NCBI RefSeq assembly: GCF_006345805.1
Contig: NC_043015.1
Coordinates: 38,440,001 to 38,504,000 of the forward strand
DNA from: Octopus sinensis
Taxonomy: Eukaryota
DNA: 64,000 bases
Direction: 5' to 3'
The position numbers and the translations under genes are program-made. Positions 51,262-64,000 of this stretch are shown here, piece after piece. How positions within the stretch are numbered: position 1 is the first letter of the stretch; each line of letters begins with the position of its first letter. The notes under the pieces are model-generated. The model was given only the letters and a program-made list of their open reading frames with translations. It had not been told where the DNA came from and did no database searches.

Positions 51262-51925
51262 ACTGTGGAATTTTCCAAGGTGACTCACTTTCACCACTAA
51301 TTTTCTGCATAGCACTAATACCACTCTGAAGTGAATTGAATAGAACAGAATATGGCTACAAAATTGACAAGAAAATAAGCCATCTATTTTATATGGATGA
51401 CTTAAAGCTATATGGCAAAGATGATGAAGAGCTTGAAGGATTATTACATACTGTGAAAGGATTCAGTGATGATGTCGGGATGGAGTTTGGCCTTGAAAAG
51501 TGTGCCAAAGCCACTTTTAAGAAAGGGAAATTGGTAAAGTCAAGTTCAATCGAATTAGATATCGAAACAGCAATAAAAGAACTTGAGCAGGAAAAAAACC
51601 TATAAATACCTAGGAATAAATGAAGGCTCTGGTATCCAGCATGCAAGCATGAAAGAGAAGGTTAGGAAAGAATGTTATAGAAGAGTTCGAGCAGTCCTGA
51701 AGTCTGAGCTGAATGCATATAATAAGGTGTTAGCCATAAACTCCTTAGCAGTACCAGTTGTTCTTTATAGCTTCAATGTGCTTAACTGGAATACCAGTGA
51801 AATATTGAAAATTGACCGAAAAATCCGCAAGCTACTGACTTGTAATAAGATGCACCATCCAAAGGCAGACGTGGATCGCCCTTACCTTCCCAGAGCTCAG
51901 GGAGGTCGAGGTTTGATCCAGCTAA
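51262..51925 (+). mobile_element. R4/Dong-type reverse transcriptase relic
   Basis: GIFQGDSLSPLIFC...ISHLFYMDDLKLY...GMEFGLEKC...YKYLG...GGRGL, with one stop and one frameshift. Confidence 0.88.
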
Positions 51926-53094
51926 AAACAGCAGCTAAATCTTTCTCCGATCACATTTTTGTTTTAAAGATTTTTAAAAGCCTAATCAGAGGAAAAAGGG
52001 CAACATTCATGACTATTTTCAGGATTTCCAGACCTTGAGGTGGTGGTCATGGATGGAGAAGCAGTGAACTATTCTTTGACTAGAGACTAAACCTGAATAC
52101 TTGCAGCTAAGGGATTCCACTAAATGTCCTTGGGGACAGGCAACAAATTAACACTAAAAGGCACAATTATCAAACAGGTTCACACACAGTATGGTCCCCT
52201 TAACCAAATATCACTTGCTCACCCTGGGGATATTGTAACAGGTAATTAGTCAAGGTGCACTGCACACCTTCATTTGTTTTTAAATATTCTATATTTTTAT
52301 ATATTTTTTTTTCCCGTTGGCCACGGTCATTGCACATTTCATGTCCACGCATTGTTCACCTGTTCTTATCGCATGGTTTCTGCTACAGGTTCTCCTTTTG
52401 CATGTCTACACGAAATACCTATTTCTTCACTACCCACAAGGGGCTAAACACAGAGGGGACAAACAGATTAAGTCAATCATATCGACCCCAGTGCATATCT
52501 GGGACTTAATTTATCGACCCCAAAAGGATGAAAGGCAAAGTCGACCTCAGCAGAATTTGAACTCAGAACACAACAGCAGACAAAATACCTATTTCTTTAT
52601 TACCTACAAAGGGCTAAACATAGAGGGGATAAACAAGGACAGACAAACGGATTAAGTCGATTATATCGACCCCAGTGCATAACTGGTACTTAATTTATCG
52701 ACCCCGAAAGGATGAAAGGCAAAGGTGACCTCGGCAGAATTTGAACTCAGAACGTAACAGCAGACAAAATACCGTTAAGCATTTCGCCTGGCATGCTAAC
52801 ATTATAGTAGACGTAAACTATCAGATTTTATTTATGCAAGCAGTGGCAGCACTATGAAATTAACGACTGTTTTGCAAGCATATCATACTAACATTGATCG
52901 ATATTCCTTTACTAGTTACAGTTACTGGACTGTGGCCATGCTGGGGCACCACCTTTAAGGGTTTAAATGATGATATTGATCCCAGTAATGATAGTTTTGC
53001 CTGGTATTTATTTCACTGACCTGTTTTATCAAACTGCTAAATTAAAAGACATGAACAGCAGTTTTTAAGTAGTGCAAACACAGGTACATTGTGG

Positions 53095-53520
53095 GTAGAT
53101 AGAGAGGCAGACAAACAGATTGAAAGATGGACAGCCAGACGGAGGGATGGATGGGCAGATGGAGGGAGGGACAGGCAGATGGCTGGCCAGTTAGATGAAC
53201 AGACAGACGGATGGAGGGGAAAATGGATGAGCAGATCAAGAGAAGGACAGACAGACAGATAGATGACCGGTTGGATGGATGAACAGCTAGATGGATGAAC
53301 AGACAGATAGATAGATGGCTGGACGGACAGGTGGACGGATGGACAGGCAGATGGAGGGAAGGACAGACAGATAGATAGATGACCGGTTGGATGGATGAAC
53401 AGACAGAGGGAAGGACAGACAGACAGATGGATAGATGGATGGATGGATGGACGGATGGACGGATGGACGGGCAAATGACTGAACAGATGGAGGGAAGGAC
53501 AAACAGAGAGATAGATGACA
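53095..53520. repeat. Degenerate (GATG/GACA/GACG)n tetranucleotide array
   Basis: Seen directly. Confidence 0.85.
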
Positions 53521-53828
53521 AGTGTCCACACACCTCCTGTCAACCAAATTTCCCCCACAAAGCATTGCGCAATGTGAAACTATGATAGAAGACATTTGCC
53601 CAAGGTTCCATGCAATGGGACTGAACCTGAAGCCATGTGGTTGCAAAGGGACCATCTGAACCACATATGCAAATATAAAGGAGAAAAGAATACAAAACAA
53701 CCAAAAACATCTCTTAAATTACTTTTATTTATTTCATTATTGATTTTATATAACATATCTATGAACAAACATAATTATAGAAGCTGTGATCTTTATATTA
53801 CAATGTATAGTTGGAGAGTGGTGTAGAC

Positions 53829-54128
53829 CAGCGCTACTCAAAGTGGTGGTCTGCAGACTGGTGCCGGTCCACAAACCATCAGCTGTCGGTGGCACATGGC
53901 GAGTTTCCAGAAAGGAAAGAAACATAAAATGCTTATGAAAAGCTTATTTAATACTGTTTTTTATAAATATAAGATAAAAAACAAAATTGTCAACTTTTAT
54001 TATATTCATTATAAATATTGTTTCCGGTATAAATTAATATTACTAAGAAATATTAACCGGTCCCTGGCACATTGGGGAAAAAAACAAAAACTGTCAGTAC
54101 ACCACATGCGATAGTTTGAGAAGCACTG
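53829..54128. mobile_element. hAT (Charlie-like) MITE, 300 bp, 8-bp TSD, in 3'UTR of paralog E
   Basis: TIR CAGCGCTACTCAAA / TTTGAGAAGCACTG. TSD gtgtagac (53821-53828) and ttgtagac (54129-54136). Confidence 0.85.
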
Positions 54129-54135
54129 TTGTAGA

Positions 54136-57100
54136 CTATCCCTGAAAGTTAGGGGCTGCTTTACCTTTGGCCCCCGACCCAGTAACCTTGAAAAGACTCC
54201 CAGCCAATTTCTCTTCATTCTGCAACTGTTTTTCGGTTAAGCAATAAGCACTTGAGGTCACAAAGAGTTCATCATAGTTTGGACCTCCAAAACAACAGGA
54301 AGTGATTTGACTCGCAGGAAACTTAATTGATGTCAGAATTTTGCCTGAAATTGTTTTAAAAATAATAAAAGTCAGAGAAATTATCCAAAATTTGAAAAAT
54401 ATTGAACCCATAATTATTTCCCACATAATTACCATTGTTGTTCCTATCACAATTATTTTCAATATTGCTGTCATAATTACACTCACAACTATTATTATGT
54501 ATTACGAGCAAAACACCCCCCCTCCCTCCTGTCCAATGGATGGTGCTGAGTTGTCAAACATTTAAACCAAATTTTCTCAAAGCAACTTGTCCGACCATCC
54601 CATAGGCCTCCCCTGTGAGAAACACTGATTTAACCTAAATTTGAGACTCCAAACAGTTTTTTTGCACAAACTGCACATGCATTTTTCTCGCATACACATA
54701 GTATCGATCGCAACAGCTGATGTACTTGCACATACAAATGCACGTTCCCACGGCTTTATCGATCACATTCTCACCTGGAAGCAATTTTTGCAATTTTTTC
54801 AAGACTTATACACGCCCTGATACCGTTGGTATCTACATATCAAATTTGAGCACAATCGGATGGAGGATGCCCGAGATCCTAGAAGACACACAGACAGACA
54901 GACAGAACGGATTTTATATAATAGATTATCTTCATTATCTCACTTGTAATTATCTTCATTATTACTAAGATAATTGTTAGGAGGCACATGTACACACATG
55001 ACAGTTACTTCTGCTTACCAAATTCAATCCCAAGGCTTCGGTCAGCCTGAGGCTATAAGAGAAGACACTTGCCCAAGGCGCCACGCAGTAGAACTGAACC
55101 TGAAACCATATGGCTGGGAAGCGAGCTTTCTAACCACACAGCCATGTGTACACCTATCTTCAGTATTTCTGTTCTGTGTTGTGCTATACATTGGTCCATC
55201 TTTGGGGCACAATTCCAGTTTCTCTATGGAAAACATTACTAACTCAACCCTTTTCCATTTCGGGGGCAAAGGGCTGTTGTCAAGGGTTACTCATGACCCT
55301 TCTCTCAGTGCAATGTATCTGATTCTGAGACTAGAATTAACTCCAGTATTTGACTGGTTGCTTATTTCTCGAAGCCAGAAAGATAAAAGGTAAAATTTAC
55401 CACAGCAGGATCTTATTTCAGAGTACAGAACACAACAGGATCTTTTTTCAGAGTACAGAACACTGGTGAATATATTTACGGCTCATTTGATGTTTTTATT
55501 TTCAAGAAACTGTTATTTGGTTGTTATTATTGCTGCAATATTGTTACCAAATGTGCAGTGGAAAAAAAAACAATTAACAAAAACAACATGCTGAGTGGCA
55601 AGACCCACAACATCATAAACTTCAGTAAAGAAATAGAACATTTCATACCTGTTTCTGGGTCAATCTGGAATACTTGGCTACCATAATGGCCAGCTAGCCA
55701 TATTTTGTCATTTAAATCAATTGTCATTCCATCTGGCATCCCAAATTCATGGAGTTCTTTGCCTTCAAAATCAATAACCACTTGTTCTCTGGCTAAAGAA
55801 AGGAACGGAGAATATTTATTGTTAAAATTAAATATTTCCATGACAACATTGGAAGGGTTAATTGAATTTATTGCCTTTTGGATTCCATGTTTTAAACTGT
55901 TACTAAGAAATTTGTCTTCTGATCGCATGGACAATCTTAGTTAAAGCTTTCCAACATCTCACAAATTACAAATACAAGACTAAATCTTATTCTAACGAGA
56001 TTGTACACCAACTGGAGAAGCAAATGAAAATTGTATCAAGAATAAATCTTTGTAAATACAAAAACAATAAATTTTATTGAATTGAATTAAATATTATTAA
56101 ATATTTGTCACAAAACTGGAAGAACAGCAGACCAAATGCCTTTTTGTTATTCCAAAGCAAGATTTTAGATTCTGAGTTGAAATTCTGCTTGGATCGTTAA
56201 GTTAGTAATTAAGAAAATAATTAAGACTGACAATACTTACACATTTCCCCTGTAGAAATATCATAGTCATATGAAAATACTTTTTTAGGAAGAGTATGGG
56301 TGTAGAACATGGTTTTGTCATCTGCTGTCCATGCCATGCCATTAGATATATTGGTCTTGTCTTTAATGGCATGGATTGATAAATCCTTATCAATTCGGTA
56401 CAAATGTCCAGCTTCAGTTATTTCTAGAATACCTTTGAATTCCTTCATTGTACCTAAAAGCAGAAAAGTTTAAAAAGTCATTCTTTCCACAAATTTTTGT
56501 GCTCCTCAAATGTTTTGTGAATAAAAATGTTGATGTTGGTAAGTTACCGACCGGCTGAACACTGGGTCACTGGATTTCTAAAGATAAGAGTGACGAGAAA
56601 GTGGAGTACAGCTTGGACAGTAGAAATAGTCCATGGCTGTTTCCTGCACCAGCTTCACATAGCAGCCCCAGCCCATCCAAAGTACCTTGGATCGTAGGGT
56701 GACCTGCTGTGCTTACCTTGGATCATAGGGTGACCTGCTGTGCTTGAGGATCCCTATTGAGTCAAGTACATCACCATCAAAAAAATCAAGTAGAAATTGT
56801 AGTTGTGATACCTGTGCAGGTGGCGGGTAAAGAGCATCATCCAAACATGGCCGATGTAAATATGAGTATATCGGCCTGCAGGGAAATAAAAAGGGCTTGC
56901 AGGCGCAATTGCACCCACAGACAGGGGTTTCCCCACCCCTGATCTGCCCAATACACTCTAAGTCCTTGTTCTGTAGTAACACTCATCATTGGAGAAGGGC
57001 AAGTTTGAGTATATTGTGTGAAGGATGAAGGCAATCTGATGCAGCCCCTAAATTAGCCTTGTGTAGTAGGATGGGGTCAGAGTTATGATGATGCAGGGAA

Positions 57101-59608
57101 GATAAGAGAGCGCTATGAGTGAGACAGGTGAAAAGGAAGAGGTGAGCAACAGAGTGATGCTGTGTAAGGGCCGGAGAGGGGGACAATAATGTAAAGTGAG
57201 AGACAGCAAGATTGAGGCTTGGCAGAGAACAAAACACCTCAGCCCCTAAACCGGAACCCTTGTTTCTAGGTATATTTAGCTATGGGGGAGGGGGTCAGGC
57301 CCACTGCAGCGCCATTTATCACCAATCAGGACAGTCTTTGGTCATCTCCTCTGTGAGACGCAGCATCTTCAGGTTAGTCTTCATCTTTTCCTCTAAAGTT
57401 TTCCTTGCTCTCCGTCTTCCCCAGGTGGAAGAAACAACAAGATTGCGACATTAAAAAAACAGAAATGAGAGAAGACGTAAAACAAACAAACACAAACCTG
57501 CCAAAAGTCGGCCATAGCTGTCGCATTTACCATCATTGAATCGATTCCCTGGCTTATCTGGATCTGCTGTGAGGAACGGTTTTACTTCTCGACTCCCCCA
57601 GTCAAAATGACAGAGTTTCGAGTAGTTGGATACAACATAACCACCAGATTCCCGAGGAACAATGAAGCTTATATTTCCATCTGGGAAATCAAACATACAA
57701 GAAAAGACAAAAAAGAAAAACCAACATATTTTAATGATAGAATGTGATAATGGATTAATATCATATAAAAAAACATATTGATATCATATGATAATGTAGA
57801 AGAGGTTGATATACAATGATGCACCCTTTTAAAGCCTAGCCAGGCCCATGGGCCCAGTTTCCCGGTTTCCATGGAGTATGTGTTCCCCAGCTGGACGGGA
57901 TGCCAGTCCATTGCAGCGTTACTCATTTTTGCCAGCTGAGTGGACTGGAGCAATGTGAAATGAAGTGTTTTGCTCAAGAACACAACGCATCGCCCGGTCC
58001 AGGAATCGAAACCACAATCTTACGATCATGGTGCTGACACCCTAACCACTAAGCCACGTGCCTCCACTGATGTACTATGATAATGAATAGCATTTTACCA
58101 TTGTCATCGTCATCATTATTCCCTCTTTTTTCATGGTGGTGTAGGTAAGTTCTTATTGCAGTCATCTCTGTCACAAATTCTAACATCAAGGACAGAAGGC
58201 TAGTCCTTTGTAGAGAGCATTCCCCTATGATCAGGTATCTTTTCTTCCCTGACATTTAAATAATCTTTTCTACTCTAGGCACAAGGCCTGAAACTTTAGG
58301 GAGGGGGGGAGCAGTCAATTAGATTAACCCCAGTACGCAACTGGTACTTAATTTATCAACCCCGAAAGGATGAAAGGCAAAGTCGACCTTGGTGGAATTT
58401 GAACACAGAATGTAAAGACAGACGAAATATCGCTAAGCATTTCACCCAGTGTGCTAACATTTCTGCCAGCTTGCTGCCTTTTGACAGCTAAATAAATAAT
58501 GGTGATTGAAACATTCTACCAAGAGATGCAGGTCCTGTCGGATTCTGACTGACGTCTCTTTCTGTGCATCAGTTTGTTTGTTTTTTTACTGTTTTATTTG
58601 TTTTGGTCTTTGGACTGTGGCCATGTTGGAGCACTACCTGAAGAATTTTTAGTTGAATGCATTAACTCCAGAGCATTTAAAACTTCATGTTTTAAAGGAA
58701 TCTAAATCAAAACCTTCCAACAAAATCCCATGTTAATTTATGTTCCAAAGATCAGCTCAAGAACATCAAAGTTATCCTACCAAATTCTTCGTTGTTATTA
58801 GAATTAATTGAAACAAAAGCAGGCTTTTTCGAGTGGAATATGGTAACAAACAGTTTAAACATGAGCAGCATGAATGTGGTTTCTCGGTGCTGCTAGGGAC
58901 CTATAACTCTTTCGAACACATGTGGCAAAGACGAATGCTTCTTGCAGCAGGTGTTCGTAGAGCTTACCAACCATGTGGCTAAATGCCTTCGTTCCATCAG
59001 GGAATTTCTCACTGAGTGCTTTGTGTTTCTTGACTGTGGGGCCAGCCATTGTGTGCAGCATGTAACAGAGTTGGAATATAAATATAATACGACAGACATA
59101 AACTGACACTCAGCGAGTTATGACGACAAATGTTCCAGTCGAGCTGAACAATCAAACGGCCTTCTTTTGATATTAATGTGCAAGTGGCTGAGCGTTCCAC
59201 AGACACACATACCCTTAACGAAGTTCTCATGGATATTCAGTATGTAATTACAAGTACAGCTCATTTTTTTTTCCAGCTGAGTCGACCACAGCAACATGGA
59301 ATAAGGTGCCATGCTCAAAGATATAATACACTGCCAAGAATTGAACACAGGACCTTACAATTGTAAGCCAAATACCCTTACAACTACACCAAGCACCTTC
59401 ACATGACATACACACAAACATACATAGATATATACATATACTCATACATACCAACTTCACACTTGGTGTGTGTGTTGCCCACGGAATTCCACTTGTGTAT
59501 ACCTCCAGGTTCAATATCCAGAAACAGCAAGGATTTGGTGCTTTCCTCCCAGTGAGGCGCTTCCCCAGTTTTTTGACAGACATTCTTTAAGACAACAGAC
59601 ACAGACAT
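54136..59608 (-). CDS. RGN: Regucalcin-like paralog E, 301 aa; complement(join(54136..54344,55649..55792,56241..56453,57498..57680,59452..59608))
   Basis: Same exon lengths and phases, GT..AG introns, open frame, canonical NRFNDGKCD. Confidence 0.95.
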
Positions 59609-59840
59609 CTTGTCTCTGAAAAAAAAAAAAATAATTGAATTAGAAAAAAAAAAGAAGAAAAGAAAGAACAGATAGAAGAACGTAAAGTGTTTAATGATTT
59701 GATTAAACAGCTTGGCAGTCTTTCGATATCCAGCAATTTATATATACAGATACACATATAGATGTACACCCACACACACAGAGCTAGTTCATCTAAGACT
59801 ACATTTCTACAGCGATTGCCCAGTTGGGACAATGTTTCAT

Positions 59841-60595
59841 TTTGACTCACACAAATGTCATTCGATCCCAGCTGGTTGTTCGTTAATTTCTATAAAAATT
59901 ATTTATGTACTTTTGTTTTCGTGACCTGTGGAAGGTAACATTCGCTTTGAAGTGAGAGCAGAAAGTGAAAGATGTATGTACATGAAATAGACATGTGAGA
60001 GAGAGAGAGAGAGTGAGTAAGGGTGTGTGTTGTCGTGTATGTATTTTTTTGCATGTAGGTGTAAATGGCACTCACTCTCTCACACATACATTATCTTTCA
60101 TATACACATACATACATAAATACATATGCATATATCTTTTTTCCCATTGAGGCAAGTGGAAATCAGAAATCAGAAATCAGAACCAAAATCGAAGTCGATC
60201 AACATCAATGGAAATTGCAGCTGTGATACCAGTGCCGGTGGCACGTAAGCGAACCATCCGATCGTGGCCGTTGCCAGCGCTGCCCCGACTGGCCTCTGTG
60301 CCGGTGGCACGTAAAAAGCACCATCCAACCGTAGCCGTTGCCAGCCTCACCTGGCCCCCGTGCCGGTGTCACATAAAAAGCACCATCCGTCCGTGGCCGT
60401 TTGCCAGCCCCGTCTGGCAGCTGTGCCGGTGGCACGTAAAAAGCACCCACTACACTCACGGAGTGGTTGGCGTTAGGAAAGGGTATCCAGCTGTAGAAAC
60501 ACTGCCAGATCAGACTGGGCCTGGTGCAGCCTCCTGGTTTCCCATACCCCAGTTGATCCGTCCAACCAATGCTAGCATGGAAAGCGGAAGCTAAG

Positions 60596-60639
<44 letters not shown>

Positions 60640-60719
60640 TGTATGTGAGAGAGAGATTTGAGTGGTGTTTGTCCTCATACATGTATTTTTTGCATGTATG
60701 TCTTAGTAGCATTCACTTG

Positions 60720-60757
<38 letters not shown>

Positions 60758-60951
60758 AGATGTAAGCATCTCTCTCTCTCTCTCACGCACACAAACATCC
60801 ATTCCATACACACGTACATACATCTTTCACTTTCTGCTCTCACTTCAAAGCAAATGTCGCCTTCCACAGGTCATGAAAGCATAAATAAATAAATAAAATA
60901 TTTTTACGGAAATCAACCATCTGGGACCGAGTGACATTTGTGCAAGTCAAA
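59841..60951. repeat. Foldback/MITE-like inverted repeat (~170-bp arms) enclosing a SINE
   Basis: 59841-~60010 is the reverse complement of ~60770-60951 (e.g. gtgagagcagaaagtgaaagatgtatgtac). Confidence 0.75.
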
Positions 60952-61048
60952 CCGAACCCTCGCCCATTTCTTCTATAGGCACAAGGCCAGAAATTTGGGG
61001 GAAGAGGGAGGAGGAGGAGGAGGAGGAGGGCTTGTTGGCCAATCACTC

Positions 61049-61818
61049 GGATTGAGTCGCAGAATTGTCGCTATCGTTCGTTACTTTCCGTGAAAAACTT
61101 TATCGAATCGTGTCGAGGTGGAAGGAGGGGCAGAAAACACGTGCGTGTGTTTACGTATGGACGTGTCTATCAGGTCTTGTATATATATATATCTGTGTAT
61201 AATTCGATATGCGTTGATAAAGATAGATTTAACACATTAAATTAAAGCGTAACATCTTCATTAACATTTCTAAGTCTCTCTAAAGGAGACTACGGCAGCG
61301 GACCTGGATACGAATTCATTAGCACCGTCCATTTACATATGGGACGGTGTTAATGAAGACGTTACGCGTTGATTTGATGCGTTAAACTTATCTTTATTAA
61401 CGCATATCGAATCATACATAGATAAAAACAAGTCTGCGAGCTGACAGAAACGTTAGCACGCCGGGCGAAATGCTTAGCGGTAGTTCGTCTGCCAGTACAT
61501 TCTGAGTTCAAATTCCGCCGAGGTCGACTTTGCCTTTCATCCTTTCGGGGTCGATAAATTAAGTACCAGTTACGCACTGGGGTCGATACAATCGACTTAA
61601 TACCTATGTCTGTCCTTGTTTGTCCCCTCTGTGTTTAGCCCCTTGTGGGTAGTAAAGAAATATATACATAGATATATATACAAGACCTGATATACACGCA
61701 CTCGTCTTCTGCCACCTCGACACGAGTGTATATAGTTGACAACAAATACTTTTTTCCTGATTGGATAAAGTGTTTCACGCAGAGTAGTAACGAAAGTGAC
61801 AATTCTGAGACTCAATCC
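61049..61818. repeat. Foldback element with ~220-bp inverted arms; right arm split by a SINE with 11-bp TSD
   Basis: ggattgagtcgcagaattgtc / gacaattctgagactcaatcc ends. Inner arms 61191-61267 / 61348-61424. TSD atacatagata at 61414 and 61664. Confidence 0.8.
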
Positions 61819-63080
61819 AAATTATTTCCCATCTAATTGTCTAATGTAGTGTTAGCTTAATACTACATTATATTAGGGATCATTTCTAAAACATGCAGAA
61901 TGACTGAAGGGGAATGGGGCTGCTGTTTCTAGCTGACGAAACGAGCGCATGAGCATTCGGGTGGCCTAAGGAAAGGGAATGTGTAAAGAACGGAATTGTT
62001 AGATGTAAAACGAACCGAGAACCTGTGGCGCGGAGTATAGAAGTTGTTGTTTACTACCATTGCAAACTATGTTGAGTCGTCTTATCGCCAGAGACGTACA
62101 AGATGTGACCATTTGGGTAAATTTATAGTTTCACACCAGGCTCGATTTCAGTACTAAGGGGAAGGGGAATTGCCGAGGTTCCTCCCACCCGCTCCGTTTT
62201 CCGAGGAAAGAATACATTTCCGACAGCTTTCGATGTCAACTAAAACGATTGCACACCCGCCCTCAAAAAAAAAAAAAAAAACGCGGGAAAATATTACCTC
62301 GTGCCAAAATTGAGTCTGGTGGGGAACTATAAATTTACCAAGAAGGCAGAATGAAGATTCATAAGAATGGAAGCGAGCAACCTACCTTTTTCTTATAATG
62401 GATTTAAACAAGCACAACTGTAACGTTTGTCTGGTCAGGACTGTTGTTGCAAACTAATTCTATTTAGTTATTTAATGTACACCCGGTGTTTATTAAATAC
62501 CAGTTACACATTACATAATTTGTTCGATTTATAAGTATATCGCTTTTATGAACTCGTAGCCGAAATAGTCTGTCCTTAAGTTGGTTTTATATATTGAGGA
62601 AGTAGACTTGTATTAGTTTATATGCAAAACATTAGATAATTATGTCAAGGCGAAATCACAAGAAACAATTTGAGGGAGGGAAGGAGACGATTATTTCTAC
62701 ATTTAAGCACAAGATTGGCTGCTCCGATGGCGAGACGGTTGGCACGACCGACTACATTTTACTTGACTGTTCACAGGCAAAGGTGCCTTCGATGGAATTG
62801 GAGCAAGGGATTATAATAATAATCATAATAATCTTTCCTTCTAAAAATACAAGACCTGAAATTTGGGGGGAGGGGGCTCGTCGATTAGATCGACTCCAGT
62901 ACGCAACTGGTACTTAATTTATTGACCCTGAAAAGGGTGAAAGGCAAAGTCCACTTCGGTGGAACTTGAACTCAGAATGTAAACACAGACGAAATACTGC
63001 TTTGCATTTTGCTCGGCATGCTAACATTTCTACCAGCTCGCCGCCTTAACAATAATAATAACAACAACAACAACAACAAC

Positions 63081-63115
<35 letters not shown>

Positions 63116-64000
63116 TAATATTGCCCTGATGCAATACCAGACAGTGGCTCTCGTGGCTCCTGGTCTTAACTGATTGGAAGTGTTATCATGTACATTATTT
63201 TGTCTTGGTATAAAAGATGGGCTACAGCAAACATTCTGCTCAATACCACAGATTTGCTTGTCAGTTGTTGACCGTAACCAGTTGAGCATGTTCCTTAGTG
63301 GCTGACGATATGTGCATCTCTGATCAAGAGCAGAAGTAGTGGGGGGGAGCATCATAGCCATGTGTTGAGAGGGATTCTTTGGGGTTTGAATGATTCACCT
63401 CTGGAAACATGGGTGGTTCGTTCAACATCCTTAAACAATCCTTATTCAGGGACCTTTTGAGTGGGTTGGGCTACTCGACCTGAAGAAAATTCTAAATGGG
63501 CCCCACCTGCAAGGTCATACACTATTTATCTTGATATGAGATCACCATGTCACATACATATGGTTGTGATGCATGTGCCTGGTGTACCCTTATCAGACGG
63601 GTAGTCATGGAAGGTATACTGTATACTGGGCTTCGTATATTTTACCCCAGTGTCACTTTGATGGCATGCACTGCTCTCTCACTCAATAGTAATAATAATA
63701 ATAATAATAATAATAGTTTTCAACTAGCAATAACCACGCCTCGGATTTACCTCATTGGCCATGGTGTAATTTGAGAGGATAATACAAAAGTTAGGATGAT
63801 TTAGTGATTTACTGCAAAACCCATGGCGGCCAAAATGATCAGAACGGTTGAAAAAAATAACAAAATAATCAAAAATGACAGAGAATACTGGAATTATTTA
63901 ATATTTAGTGTGAAGCCCTTTAGCTTCAATCACACTTTGACATCTTCGACTGCATGAGGAAATCAAATTTTCAATTTCTTGCTGGGTGATCTTATTCCAT

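Overview
AT-rich, microsatellite- and SINE-dense animal genomic DNA. The repeat content resembles Octopus (inference). The window holds a cluster of regucalcin/SMP-30/gluconolactonase-like genes. Four genes are intact, each with 5 coding exons (157/183/213/144/209 nt, 301 aa): A + 5455-13190, C + 31250-36294, D - 42045-49655, E - 54136-59608. One orphan, frameshifted first exon (B, 18201-18359) completes the array, which runs >>><<. The paralogs keep the metal ligands but differ at substrate-pocket positions: the Arg of NRFND is Asp in A and Val in D, and the lid loop is hypervariable. They also show patchwork gene conversion between inverted copies. The non-coding DNA contains about ten type I hammerhead-ribozyme motifs in four sequence families of the Penelope-like (PLE) kind. 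Six of them sit as head-to-head pairs inside long palindromes, one family has a ~90-100 nt helix II, and a PLE GIY-YIG relic lies nearby. Other elements include a Tigger/pogo relic with a nested SINE and solo LTR, R4/Dong, RTE, Tx1 and CR1-like LINE relics, hAT and piggyBac MITEs, Helitron-like elements, foldback elements and a ~727-bp tandem duplication. All coordinates were read by eye and no database search was run.
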